From assembly GCA_963665665.1 (NCBI GenBank), contig OY762428.1, positions 2,496,001 to 2,560,000 on the forward strand: a stretch of 64,000 nt of DNA, written 5' to 3'. The stretch comes from Candidatus Kapaibacterium sp. Its GTDB lineage: Bacteria > Bacteroidota > Ignavibacteria > Kapaibacteriales > UBA2268. Positions 52,086 through 62,569 of the stretch are shown here, one piece after another. Under the pieces are notes generated by a model, which worked only from the letters and a program-made list of their open reading frames with translations, was not told where the DNA came from and did not search any database. The stretch's first letter is position 1; every line of letters begins with the position of its first letter. The position numbers and the translations under genes were made by a program.

Positions 52086-54440
52086 ATGAAAAAACTTACC
52101 ATTATTCTTTTATCCGTTTTTCTTTGTTTTTCCTCTGCAAGTGCCGTGGAATGGGATTATTATTTTAATACAAAATGGACATATTCAATTTTTGACCTTG
52201 GTGATTCCTTCCTTGCCTCCACCTGGAGCGGTATAATTAAATATGATAAGGCAACAGGCGAATATTACAGGTTCACTGAAAAAGACGGACTGACATTTGA
52301 TACCATGAAGAACGCCAGGCTAAGCGAAAATGAAGACGGTAATGCCGAATTTACTTACAGAAGCACAAAATATGAATTCGTTGATGATGAGTGGGTTGCA
52401 ACTGAAATTCCGGCAAACCAGCCATTTCTATTTGGTTCCGATACAATATCAGTTTATAATCTTCTTGCTGAAAAGCCGGACACATGCAGGTGGGTTCAAT
52501 TTACCTTGAGGGATACTTCCTATATCCTTGCTATGTACCCTGATACAACATACCGTTATACGATGACTGATACGCTCCCTTTGAATAAAGTCTATTACTC
52601 AGGCATATATCTTGACGGAGACCGCCTGTGGATGACTACTTATGTTGATATTGATAATGATAGAATTTACGCTCTTGTCAGCCTTGAATCAGGTGACAGT
52701 AAAGTATGGTGGAACAGTATGGGCGATATTCCCGATATTTCAGGTACTAAGGCAGCATTTTATAAATTCGGGGATCAGCTATGGCTAATGGGGAAAGAGG
52801 AAATCGGCTATTTTGAAAATGGCCAGTGGATAAAATATAGCCCCGATGCTGCCGAACCGGTTGTGGAATCAAAAAGGGTTAAAGTAAAAGTAACCGAAGA
52901 CAAGCTTTACATGTTGTTTTACGGTTCTTTATCAATTTGGGACGGAACTTCCTGGGAAGTAATAAAATTTGATCATCTGGCCAATCACAATGCAATTTCA
53001 TTCGATATTATTTCCGAAGGACATTACTGGATCAGTTGTTTCAGTGATATTTTAGAATATAAAGATGAAGTTTTCACTTATGTAGGCAATAACCAACTAC
53101 CCGGCAGAAGTATCTGGGGTATCCAAAAAGGCCTGAATGACGATATATTTGTTTTCGGGGCTGGCGGCATTGCAATTTATAATAACGGAAACTGGACAAA
53201 ATACATGCAGGCAGTAACGCTGAACACCCATTTGCCACTCAATCCGTATATAGATAATAAGGGTCGGGTATGGGTTCCCGGCAATAATGATATTAACTAT
53301 GAAACATTTTCCGGATATGAAATAATTGACGGAAATAAAATTACCAGGTCGGACCAGTTAGGATCGAAAAGCGGGAATGCTAGCGTTATCAAAGGAGATA
53401 AAAACGGTGATGTCTGGGTGGCTCTTGAAGATAATGGTTTCGATAAATGGGCTGATAACGACCTGGAAGAGTTCTACCTGGAGCCTGATGGTGACTATTC
53501 ATACCGATATATAGATTTCGATTTCAGGCAAAACAATGATATGATTGCCGTTATATCAACATTAACCGGACAGGATGGTTATTATACAACTTCAGCTAAT
53601 ATCTGGAAGCTTGACGCTGAGACAAAAGAATGGGAAATTTTTGTTGATAAAAGTGTTGAACCGGGAATTAACGGTTTCTTTTACCAGGTAAAAATTAATT
53701 CATGGGATGAAATATTTATACAGAGAGACGACGATGTCTTTTTTATTGATTTCAATTATGTTATGCCATTGGATTTTAATTTTCCGGGCGAAGAAGATTC
53801 CAAGGCAGTGGGGATTGATATTAATGAAAATGACAACCTGATCGTTTATATTGATGATCTGTATCCGTCGAAAGAAGGCGAAACGCCTGGCTATGCTATA
53901 TTAATCGATGGCGAATTTGAGCATTACGAATCAGATACTGATTTGATCAGCGCCAAAAAAGACAACTACGGAAATGAGTGGAAAATGACTGTTGACGGAA
54001 TAAGTAAAGTATCCACAACAGGCGAAGAAACATTTTATCCTTACTCCGAGTTTGGCCTTGGCACCCCTGTTAACCTATATTTCGATATTGATAACAACCT
54101 TTGGCTTTTCATGTATCCGGGTTTTATTCGCCTTGACGCCAAATATACTTCCGTTCCGGAATTTTCAACCAATTCAGCTAATACGAATCTGGCTATCTCT
54201 CCAAATCCGGCGAAAGATGATATAAACATTTCATTTAATCTTGAGACTATATCAGAAATATCACTCAGGGTATGTGATATTCAAGGAAACATTCTGTTTG
54301 AGGAAAACAGTTTATCGTATTCAACCGGGCAGAATGAAACCGTATTATCTCTTGACGGCCTTGCCCGGGGAGCTTACTATGTTGCGCTTATCCAAAACGG
54401 CAAAATAATCGGCAAAGCAAATTTCGTAAAAGTTGACTGA
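52086..54440 (+). CDS. Secreted beta-propeller repeat protein with T9SS CTD
   Basis: Signal peptide; DNKGRVWV, DKNGDVWV, DNYGNEW repeats; ISPNPAKD...GAYYV CTD. Confidence 0.85.
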   Translation: MKKLTIILLSVFLCFSSASAVEWDYYFNTKWTYSIFDLGDSFLASTWSGIIKYDKATGEYYRFTEKDGLTFDTMKNARLSENEDGNAEFTYRSTKYEFVDDEWVATEIPANQPFLFGSDTISVYNLLAEKPDTCRWVQFTLRDTSYILAMYPDTTYRYTMTDTLPLNKVYYSGIYLDGDRLWMTTYVDIDNDRIYALVSLESGDSKVWWNSMGDIPDISGTKAAFYKFGDQLWLMGKEEIGYFENGQWIKYSPDAAEPVVESKRVKVKVTEDKLYMLFYGSLSIWDGTSWEVIKFDHLANHNAISFDIISEGHYWISCFSDILEYKDEVFTYVGNNQLPGRSIWGIQKGLNDDIFVFGAGGIAIYNNGNWTKYMQAVTLNTHLPLNPYIDNKGRVWVPGNNDINYETFSGYEIIDGNKITRSDQLGSKSGNASVIKGDKNGDVWVALEDNGFDKWADNDLEEFYLEPDGDYSYRYIDFDFRQNNDMIAVISTLTGQDGYYTTSANIWKLDAETKEWEIFVDKSVEPGINGFFYQVKINSWDEIFIQRDDDVFFIDFNYVMPLDFNFPGEEDSKAVGIDINENDNLIVYIDDLYPSKEGETPGYAILIDGEFEHYESDTDLISAKKDNYGNEWKMTVDGISKVSTTGEETFYPYSEFGLGTPVNLYFDIDNNLWLFMYPGFIRLDAKYTSVPEFSTNSANTNLAISPNPAKDDINISFNLETISEISLRVCDIQGNILFEENSLSYSTGQNETVLSLDGLARGAYYVALIQNGKIIGKANFVKVD

Positions 54441-54447
54441 TAATAAT

Positions 54448-54485
54448 AAAAAAATCCGGCTGAAAAGAATCTTCGGCCGGATTTT
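54448..54485. terminator. Bidirectional terminator
   Basis: AAAATCCGGCTGAA...TTCGGCCGGATTTT between convergent genes. Confidence 0.8.
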
Positions 54486-54503
54486 AGTTAAAATCGTCTT
54501 TTG

Positions 54504-55190
54504 TTACATTCTTCGGTTCATCGCGTCAACTACTTCGGAAATCTCAATCTTTGTATCGTTTGCAGAGCTTCCGCTTGTGCCGGTCGAGATTGAAATTTTA
54601 TCGCCAAGCCTTCCCCATTTAGCAATTACATCGCTAAGGGCTTTTACTCTCTGCTGAACCAGTTCCTGCTTTTTAGCAGCATATTTTTTGCCCTTTTTGT
54701 TATATGAGTCATCAGCGTTAACTTTTATCACAAGTTTCACTGACCTGTTGAACCTGAGCATAAGTTTTACTTTATTCATGTAGGCCTGGCTGCTTGCATT
54801 AAGCGTTGCCGATTCCGGCGAGAAAATATCAAAGTCAAATATTTCAGCGCCAACCCTGATTTTATTAACTTTGAAATCAAGTTTCTGCTCAACATATTTA
54901 TCAGTATCTTCAGTGCGGAAAGTTTCCGTCTGGCGCAGAATATCTTTAGAATTGAAAGTAATTTCATATTCTTCGCCGGATGTCAGTACCTGCTGAAATT
55001 CACCTGTAGTAGTCGTTTTCAGCTTCATTTTCTTTCCCTTGCTGTCTTTTATCAGGATATCAACTTCCATTGGTGTTCCTGACTGTTTGTCAGTAATTTT
55101 TGCCTTTACCAACATCGGAATGCCTGCAGAAGCAATATTTATCGAAAATAATGCTGCTATTATACATACAATCAAAGTTTTCATTTTCAT
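54504..55190 (-). CDS. Exported protein with a beta-sandwich domain and degenerate OmpA-like domain
   Basis: Signal peptide ending ASA; layout resembles the C-terminal half of 58187-60220. Confidence 0.6.
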   Translation of the reverse strand: MKMKTLIVCIIAALFSINIASAGIPMLVKAKITDKQSGTPMEVDILIKDSKGKKMKLKTTTTGEFQQVLTSGEEYEITFNSKDILRQTETFRTEDTDKYVEQKLDFKVNKIRVGAEIFDFDIFSPESATLNASSQAYMNKVKLMLRFNRSVKLVIKVNADDSYNKKGKKYAAKKQELVQQRVKALSDVIAKWGRLGDKISISTGTSGSSANDTKIEISEVVDAMNRRM

Positions 55191-55262
55191 TTCAAGTCTC
55201 CATATTATGAAATTAATTATTCGGCAAGTACTAAATTAGTAAAAATTATATCATTATCAAAA

Positions 55263-58091
55263 TCATCTCGTTATACCGAATAAAAGATTTTCTTCTTTAC
55301 CATTAAGACGAAATCTGAGAAAATAAGTTCCCGAAGAAATATCGTCCAGATTAATCCTGTTTGTATTACGAATTTGGTTACGATCAATTTTTTTAATTTC
55401 TTTGCCTGTTATATCAATAATTTCAAGACTTCCGGGCAGCTGATCATAAAAATCAAGGTATATATAATCATCAGCCGGATTTGGGTACAAAGTGTAATCA
55501 CGGCTTTTTACCGGCTTAATACAATTATCTGTTATAATCCCTTCTGCACAGACCTTCAAATTTTCAATTAGTTCAGAATCATTCTCCGAGGCGCAATAGC
55601 ATATAGAAAATTTAAGCAAATCGCCGTTATTGACCGGGGCATTGAACTTTATCCCGGCAGCTGATGCAATTTCGTCAGGCTCGGAAAGTATTTCTTTAAT
55701 TCCTTTCCTGAGTAGTTCAATCACTTCTTCTTTGCTGAATCCTTCAGCGAGAAAATCTGTTGTAAAAGATGAGAAATAAATCTCTGCATCGGGCTGAAAT
55801 GTTTTAACGACAACCCCTGCACTGATACTTGCGTCGGGATTAAATATTTTTGCGGCGAAGGCGCTTTCATCAACCGAAGGTAATGGCAGAATATAAGATA
55901 TATCTTCTGTTAGATTATTCTTATAATCATCGCTTATGTCCCAATCCATAAATTGTGCTATCGCCAGGCTGTCAAGTATCCCGCCTGATTTGTTTTCTAT
56001 GGTGAAGTCAAACCGTATACAAGGCTTATCGCCAAGAGGGAAGGATACATCCTGGATTATTTTAATACCGATTTTTTCAGTAAATGTCAGGGATTCATCA
56101 CTCAGTATCAGTGTTGAATCCTCAGGCAGAGAGAATTTCTTATCTGTCTCAAGTTCAAAGTTCCCGCCATATACATTGGCATAAGCTTTATCATTTCCGT
56201 TCGAAACAATCAGGCCGCCTGCATATATCAGCGAGCAATAGTTTTCGAAATTAAATCCTTCTCCGTAATTGTTTTCCGGCGGGTCGGTAAAAGCAATGGT
56301 GCCGTTATTACCTACAGTTACTGAAAGCCTGCTGTTCTCGAATTGTTCATAATCAAGATGCGAACGAATTCTGACTAACCTGAAATATTTTGTATCCCCG
56401 GCATCCATATCCAGCCGTACAAACCATTCCGGGTTAACATCTCTTATTGCTGTGAACCAAATACCTTCAAGCATAAATTGTGACTCGCGGGGAATATCAA
56501 TTCCATTAATCTGTTCAGTTAACAATTCCACGGAGTGAAGTTTGTTGCTGTCGGCATCACGAACCGTATCGGCGAGAACTGAAATACTGAAATCAACATT
56601 TTTGGCTGCGCCAAGTTCGTTGCTGAAAAGTATCCTGAGTTCAATTGTATCACCCTTTTGAATATGCTTTACTTCATTTCCGTCCTTATCATAAAGTCCG
56701 GATTCAATCACCAGGATGCCCGGGATAGAGAACGGTTCGGTTTCAAGGGCTTTTAGCAGGTTCAGCCTTCCCTGTACCCAGCCTTCGCGGTTGGGATTAC
56801 GATGCTGAATATCATCGGATGCAGCTTTCATCAATTCCTGTATCTGTAGGGGCCCGAGTTCAGGGCGATATGCCTTTATAATGCCGGCAGCACCTGCAGC
56901 AATCGGCGAAGCTCCGGAAGTATAGCCCATTCTTCCGTAAACACCGCCATTGTAAGTAGTATAATTGTCATTTGCAGGAGTAAAAATATGTACGCCTTCA
57001 CCAAAGTTATTCATATCATCAACAATATCATTAGCATTTGAAACTCCTACCGCCAGTACTCCCGGATAAGTAGCAGGATAAAACCTTCTGGTATTTGAAC
57101 TGTTACCGGCTCCGGCCACAACACAAACACCGGATTCGACGGCATATCGTATTATCGATTCGTTTATACAGGAATAATTAAATCCTCCCCAGGAAACATT
57201 CACTACTTCAAAACCCATATTGGCTGCATATATTATTGATTCATACCCGTAAGGAATCCCGCTTCTGCCAATTATTGCCGTTTTCATCGGAAATATTTTA
57301 CAATTGAAACCAACGCCGCATACACCAATTTCATTATCCGATGTTGCACCGGCAATACCCGCCACTGCCGTTCCGTGACCGTTGAAATCATTATTTACAT
57401 CGTCGGCGGAACTGCTATCATCCATGAAGGAGAAGTTATTCCCATGATAATCATCAATATAACCGTTATTATCATCATCAATATCGTTCGATGGGATTTC
57501 TCCCTTGTTCAGCCAGAATGCATTTACAAAATCCTCATGGTCCTGCATCACGCCAACATCGCTGACAGCAATCACAACCTCACTGTCTCCCCTGCTGATA
57601 TCCCATGCTTCGAAAGCCTTAATAGTATTAAGCATTTTTTGTCTGCCAAGGTGTTCGTCATTTGGGATATATTCGCCGCATACCTTTGGAATATAAAAAG
57701 GTTCGGCTACTTCCACAAAATCGCAATGCGCTCTAATTCTTTTGCAAAACTGTTCAGGGCTTATATCATCGAAGTATTCTACTCTGTATGTCCTTTGTAA
57801 TTCTCTGCCTGTTGAAGTTTGCTTCATACTGCCGTTCTTTTGATTAAAATCTTCTTCGGGCAGAAGAGGCCTCCCGGCACGTGAATGATGCTGATCCAGA
57901 ATTCTGTTGATTTCAGAAATATTATTCTCTGAAAACCTGATATAAACCACTCCCTGGAAAACATTGTCATATCTGCCAATATCAGGGTCCGGCGGCAGTA
58001 TTTCTTTGCTGCCAAAATTGATACGATCGTTAGAATAAAGGGCTGGTATTATTGATAAGAATATTAGAGAAATATAAATAAGAAACTTCAT
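55263..58091 (-). CDS. S8 (subtilisin-like) serine peptidase with T9SS CTD
   Basis: VSDVG (Asp), GHGTAVAG (His), GAGN (oxyanion), YTSGASP (Ser); DDDNNGYIDD; LYPNPADD CTD. Confidence 0.92.
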   Translation of the reverse strand: MKFLIYISLIFLSIIPALYSNDRINFGSKEILPPDPDIGRYDNVFQGVVYIRFSENNISEINRILDQHHSRAGRPLLPEEDFNQKNGSMKQTSTGRELQRTYRVEYFDDISPEQFCKRIRAHCDFVEVAEPFYIPKVCGEYIPNDEHLGRQKMLNTIKAFEAWDISRGDSEVVIAVSDVGVMQDHEDFVNAFWLNKGEIPSNDIDDDNNGYIDDYHGNNFSFMDDSSSADDVNNDFNGHGTAVAGIAGATSDNEIGVCGVGFNCKIFPMKTAIIGRSGIPYGYESIIYAANMGFEVVNVSWGGFNYSCINESIIRYAVESGVCVVAGAGNSSNTRRFYPATYPGVLAVGVSNANDIVDDMNNFGEGVHIFTPANDNYTTYNGGVYGRMGYTSGASPIAAGAAGIIKAYRPELGPLQIQELMKAASDDIQHRNPNREGWVQGRLNLLKALETEPFSIPGILVIESGLYDKDGNEVKHIQKGDTIELRILFSNELGAAKNVDFSISVLADTVRDADSNKLHSVELLTEQINGIDIPRESQFMLEGIWFTAIRDVNPEWFVRLDMDAGDTKYFRLVRIRSHLDYEQFENSRLSVTVGNNGTIAFTDPPENNYGEGFNFENYCSLIYAGGLIVSNGNDKAYANVYGGNFELETDKKFSLPEDSTLILSDESLTFTEKIGIKIIQDVSFPLGDKPCIRFDFTIENKSGGILDSLAIAQFMDWDISDDYKNNLTEDISYILPLPSVDESAFAAKIFNPDASISAGVVVKTFQPDAEIYFSSFTTDFLAEGFSKEEVIELLRKGIKEILSEPDEIASAAGIKFNAPVNNGDLLKFSICYCASENDSELIENLKVCAEGIITDNCIKPVKSRDYTLYPNPADDYIYLDFYDQLPGSLEIIDITGKEIKKIDRNQIRNTNRINLDDISSGTYFLRFRLNGKEENLLFGITR

Positions 58092-58186
58092 TTTGTTCTG
58101 TCCGTAATTATTACCATGTTTGCTTTATTAAAATTATTATTTTAATACTATCGTATTTATTAATACTCATTAATGACCATATTATT

Positions 58187-60220
58187 ATGAAAAAGTTACA
58201 TTCATTGCTATCAACACTATTATTAATCACTTTTATGTCTGTCCCGGTATTTTCGCAATCAGTAAAGCTCGGTATTCCGCTAACAAGACGAAACCTTATC
58301 GAAGCAGATAACTTCATAAAGAAATATGCTCCGGCAGACAGCGCATTCCGCCTTCTGAACCAAATGGCCAATATCAATAATTATATCGGCAGGCCGGATA
58401 TCGGCAGAACACTTTTAAAAATATATATGGGCTATTTCCCCAACAGGCAGGAATATATCCTAAGGCAGATAGACATCAAAACCAACCAGATGCTGCTTAC
58501 GCAAAACCCCGAGTTAATGAAGGACTCCTATGATACATTTATAAATGAGGAGGCTCCGTCACGAGAGGCCTTCGTGGCAGTTCAGAAAATTGCCGAACCT
58601 TACGTTAAAAGAAGGTCATGGGATTCTGCCATAAAAATTTATCAATTGTATAAACCCCTGTTTTTTAATATGTCCGACTATTTTAACGAAACCATATCTA
58701 TTCTCGAAGCTAAGGAAGAAGGCCTTGAGGTTCACAACCTGGGTTCTATTATCAACTCCTACACATCGGAATGGGATCCGAACCCGACTCCCGACGGCCG
58801 CTTTCTGTACTTTTCATGCAGGGGCAGACGCGGCGGGCTGGGTAAGAGCGACGTTTGGTACTCGGAAATGAAGAACGGCAAATGGAAAGCTCCGGTAAAT
58901 GCCGGAAAAAGTATTAACGGTAAGAATGAAGAGACAATAGACAACGTAACTACGGACGGAAACGGGCTTTTCCTTTCAGGTACTTTTGAAGGAACTCTCG
59001 GGAACTTTGATATATTTTACGCGGAAAGGGTAAAAAACGGCTGGGGCAAACTGAAACATTTCGATCCGCCAATAAATAGCGAACATACTGACGAAGCCGC
59101 AGGATTCAGTTCAGATGGCAAAGCGTTGATTTTTTCTTCCGACAGGCCGGGCGGAATAGGAGACTTCCACCCGCACAATTCTATGTATGAAGGGAACGAC
59201 CAGGGCAACATGGATATTTATGTTTCAATTATGTCTGATACCGGCTGGACCGAGCCGATAAATATCGGACCGACGATAAATACTCCCTGGGCTGAACGTT
59301 CACCTTATCTTCACCCGGACGGAAAAACCCTATATTTCAGTTCAAACGGTCATCCTTCGGTTGGCGGCATGGACGTATTTAAAACTACCCGGCTCAGGGA
59401 AGATTCCTGGACTGAATGGAGCAAGCCCGTAAACCTTGGCAAGGAAATAAATACAGCCGACGATGATTGGGGATACACTATTGCTGCCCAGGGGGATAGT
59501 GCATTCTTTGCCGGAATGGGCCGCGAGGGAGGCATGGGCCAATGGGATATTTATACCGTGAAACTGCCCGAAGATGCAAGGCCTGATCCGGTTGTAATAA
59601 TAAAGGGATGGGTTACTGATACCGAAGGCAATCCTCTGTCGGTGGATATAAAATGGGAAGACCTTGCCAGCGGAAGAAATATAGGCCGGCTGAAAAGTAA
59701 TCCTGACGACGGAACTTATGTTATTGCCCTGCCGCTTGGCAAAAATGTAGGATATTACGCGGAGAAAGAAGGCTATTACCCCGCTGCAAAAAATATTGAC
59801 CTTCGCCAGCTTGTGTCGGAGCCTAATGTAAATGAGAATATCGTTATGGTATCTATTAAGGAAATGAAGGAAAACGGAACTAAAGTCAGGATCAACAATA
59901 TTTTCTTTGATTTTGATAAGGCAGAGATTAAATCCGAATCTTTTCCGGAGCTAAGGCGTCTTGCCTCGTTTATAAAGAAAAATCCCGGTTTTAAAATAGT
60001 TGTTGAAGGCCATACAGATAACGTCGGTGCTGAAAAATATAATAAGGAACTATCCCTGAAAAGGGCGGAGAATATTGTGAAGTATCTTGTTGACAGGGGC
60101 TGCCTTGCATCAAGGTTTGAAGCCAAGGGCCTGGGAACATCCAAACCTGTCGGAGATAATGTAACGGATTTCGGACGCTCACAGAATCGCCGCGTGGAGA
60201 TTTGGTTCCTGCCTGAATAG
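58187..60220 (+). CDS. OmpA-family protein with PD40 repeats (PorE-like architecture)
   Basis: PTPDGRFLYF, SSDGKALIFSS, HPDGKTLYFSS; NIFFDFDK, EGHTD, LSLKRA, NRRVE. Confidence 0.9.
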   Translation: MKKLHSLLSTLLLITFMSVPVFSQSVKLGIPLTRRNLIEADNFIKKYAPADSAFRLLNQMANINNYIGRPDIGRTLLKIYMGYFPNRQEYILRQIDIKTNQMLLTQNPELMKDSYDTFINEEAPSREAFVAVQKIAEPYVKRRSWDSAIKIYQLYKPLFFNMSDYFNETISILEAKEEGLEVHNLGSIINSYTSEWDPNPTPDGRFLYFSCRGRRGGLGKSDVWYSEMKNGKWKAPVNAGKSINGKNEETIDNVTTDGNGLFLSGTFEGTLGNFDIFYAERVKNGWGKLKHFDPPINSEHTDEAAGFSSDGKALIFSSDRPGGIGDFHPHNSMYEGNDQGNMDIYVSIMSDTGWTEPINIGPTINTPWAERSPYLHPDGKTLYFSSNGHPSVGGMDVFKTTRLREDSWTEWSKPVNLGKEINTADDDWGYTIAAQGDSAFFAGMGREGGMGQWDIYTVKLPEDARPDPVVIIKGWVTDTEGNPLSVDIKWEDLASGRNIGRLKSNPDDGTYVIALPLGKNVGYYAEKEGYYPAAKNIDLRQLVSEPNVNENIVMVSIKEMKENGTKVRINNIFFDFDKAEIKSESFPELRRLASFIKKNPGFKIVVEGHTDNVGAEKYNKELSLKRAENIVKYLVDRGCLASRFEAKGLGTSKPVGDNVTDFGRSQNRRVEIWFLPE

Positions 60221-60244
60221 GTGGAAATAGGATGAGAAAAAATG

Positions 60245-60387
60245 TCCACCTCTGGCCCCGACACGTCGGGACAGGCAGGGGGTGGCGGCGTAGCTGGCTG
60301 GGGTGGATTCTTTTTCTGGCAACCACAAGGGTTGCCCCTACATTTTGATTAATTTCCCCCACCGTCCCCGATTTGTCGGGGATTGAC
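60245..60387. repeat. Cluster of REP-like palindromes including a GTAG-headed REP
   Basis: CCCGACACGTCGGG; minus-strand GTAGGGGCAACCCTTGTGGTTGCC at 60318-60341; TCCCCGATTTGTCGGGGA. Confidence 0.7.
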
Positions 60388-60567
60388 AAAACGTAAATAA
60401 TTAGAATTAAGAGACATCGCTATCTAAGCCTGGAAATTGTATTCCCATTTGAAATACTATTATATTTGCTTTTTAAATACGCGTATATTATTTTAGCTGA
60501 ATTAGTGAAACGGCGGATTTTGCTGCCGATCAAGTCTGTATCTATTGAAAAGAATGCGGAGAAAAAT

Positions 60568-60798
60568 ATGAACCTGCAATATATCTCAGATAGCAATGGC
60601 CGGACAACAGGGGTTTTTATTCCCATAAATGACTGGAACGAGTTGAAAAAAAAATTCAAAGATATTGACCGGCTGGATATTGATATACCGGACTGGCACA
60701 AAGGGCTGGTTAGGGAACGTATGGAAGAATATAATGCCAATCCCGAGACTGAAATTGATCTGGATAAAGCAATGAACAATATCGAAAAAGAACTATAA
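60568..60798 (+). CDS. Addiction-module antitoxin
   Basis: 76 aa MNLQYISD..G..TGVFIPI.DW...IPDWHK..VRER; TAATG coupling to a RelE/ParE-like gene. Confidence 0.78.
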   Translation: MNLQYISDSNGRTTGVFIPINDWNELKKKFKDIDRLDIDIPDWHKGLVRERMEEYNANPETEIDLDKAMNNIEKEL

Positions 60799-61079
60799 TG
60801 TACAGATCAATAATATTGTCTTCTGCTGTGAATGATATCAAAGAAGCAGCGTTGTGGTATAATAAGAAAAAAGAAGGGCTTGGTAAAAAATTTACTGCTG
60901 TTATTCGTGAAAAAATACATTTCATCAGGGAAAATCCAGGAGCATGCCGTATAAGATATGACAATATCAGAACTGCCGTATTGAAGGTATATCCTTTTAT
61001 GATTCATTATTATATTGATGAAATTAATAAAAGAGTTGTGATAATAGCTGTGCTTCATACGTCTCGCTTAACGCCATGA
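60798..61079 (+). CDS. RelE/ParE-family toxin
   Basis: A..DI.EA..WY...GLG.KF, NP, R......YPF.IHY, IIAVLHTSR. Confidence 0.85.
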   Translation: MYRSIILSSAVNDIKEAALWYNKKKEGLGKKFTAVIREKIHFIRENPGACRIRYDNIRTAVLKVYPFMIHYYIDEINKRVVIIAVLHTSRLTP

Positions 61080-61113
61080 TAATCGACGCAAACAAGAGTT
61101 CTAATCCATATTG

Positions 61114-61136
61114 CTTTCGGATAAGATATCCGAAAG
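61114..61136. repeat. Perfect 10-bp inverted repeat after the toxin gene
   Basis: CTTTCGGATA-AGA-TATCCGAAAG. Confidence 0.65.
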
Positions 61137-61151
61137 AGCATCGAGAATACC

Positions 61152-61180
61152 CCTTCCCAAGCGGGGCTTGGGAAGGAGAA
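61152..61180. repeat. REP-like palindrome, copy 1
   Basis: CCTTCCCAAGC-GGG-GCTTGGGAAGG-AGAA; near-identical to 63320-63349. Confidence 0.85.
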
Positions 61181-61260
61181 AAAAAAACAATTTATCCTTC
61201 TCAATATTCACAAAAATACCTTATATTTGAATATGTATTTTCAAAATCAGAGGACAAGTT

Positions 61261-62562
61261 ATGAAAAAACTACTACTGCTGTTCATTCTATTTTCTGCGA
61301 CAAATATCTTTGCGCACAATGGCAAATGGACTCAAATGCATCCTGAAACTTCGCCACCACCAAGAGCTGATTATGGCATGGCATATATAGGTGATGATAA
61401 GGTTATGATATTTGGAGGTTATTCTTACTATCCTGATACACCTACTGAGACTGTCAATGATACATGGATTTATGATCTATCGGAAAATACCTGGACAGAA
61501 ATTCATACTGATATTAAACCTCAAAAAAGAAAGCTCTTTCAAATGTCAAAATTGGAAGACGGGAAGGTTTTAGTGTTTGGGGGGGACTATGAGTCTCATT
61601 TTTATGCTGACGATACATGGATATTTGATTTTGAAACACTTTCATGGAATGAGGTTAGTTGTTCATATCATCCGGGAATAAGAGACAGGGGAGTAATGGC
61701 TTATATTGGTGACGGGAAGGCTTTGCTCTATAGCGGTTGGCCCGGTCCTGTTGATTATTATAATGATGCATGGATTTTTGATTGTCAGTCAATGACATGG
61801 GACAGCGTTAATAGCACTTCGCCGCCTCCTACTAATTGCGGCATAGGTAGAGAAAGAGCACAAATGTGTAGATACAATGATAGCAGTGTATTAATGTACG
61901 GTGGATATGATGGATGCAAAAGTCAAAAAGACAATTGGTTTTTCGATAGAGAGTTTAATAAATGGATTGGTGATTTGCCGCAGCCAAATAATTATCGCCG
62001 AGACTCTGGCGATATGGGATATCTAACATCCGGAAAAATATTATTATTCGGTGGTTGCTCTATTGTTGATTCATTATATCCTTCCGTTACGGCATATAGC
62101 AATGATACGTGGATATTTGATATTTCAGATACATCATGGAATGAGTTATTTCTTGACGAGCATCCCAGTGGCCGAAGTTTTCATGAAATGGCAAATATTG
62201 GCGAAGGCAAAGTCCTATTATTTAGTGGCATTGTTGATGGAAACCTTGAAGAATATCCTACTACATGGCTTTTTGAATATGAGCCGAATGATGTTGAAGA
62301 AAATGAAAATAGTAAAACAGCAGGAATAATTCAAATTGCTGATAGGGTGAGTATTTCTATTCCATCTGATAATTCAATACACACCCCGGAATTAAAGATA
62401 GTTGATATTTGCGGCAGGGATATATTTGTTGATTATTCATCAGCAAATTCCGCAGTATCAACCAGAATTGAGTTTAGTACACTCGGCCTTGCGGCAGGAG
62501 TGTATTTTGCTACGGTGAAAGCAGGTGCGGAGATTTATTGGTTTAAGTTTTTCGCGGAGTAG
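61261..62562 (+). CDS. Secreted Kelch-repeat beta-propeller protein with T9SS-like CTD
   Basis: Six repeats of R...M..IG..KV.IFGG...DTWIFD....W; GLAAGVYFATV C-terminus; signal peptide. Confidence 0.88.
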   Translation: MKKLLLLFILFSATNIFAHNGKWTQMHPETSPPPRADYGMAYIGDDKVMIFGGYSYYPDTPTETVNDTWIYDLSENTWTEIHTDIKPQKRKLFQMSKLEDGKVLVFGGDYESHFYADDTWIFDFETLSWNEVSCSYHPGIRDRGVMAYIGDGKALLYSGWPGPVDYYNDAWIFDCQSMTWDSVNSTSPPPTNCGIGRERAQMCRYNDSSVLMYGGYDGCKSQKDNWFFDREFNKWIGDLPQPNNYRRDSGDMGYLTSGKILLFGGCSIVDSLYPSVTAYSNDTWIFDISDTSWNELFLDEHPSGRSFHEMANIGEGKVLLFSGIVDGNLEEYPTTWLFEYEPNDVEENENSKTAGIIQIADRVSISIPSDNSIHTPELKIVDICGRDIFVDYSSANSAVSTRIEFSTLGLAAGVYFATVKAGAEIYWFKFFAE

Positions 62563-62569
62563 GATTATC

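Noticed and set aside
61076-61264. 62-aa ORF between the toxin and the Kelch gene
   Set aside because: It runs through two palindromes and a promoter-like site; probably spurious.
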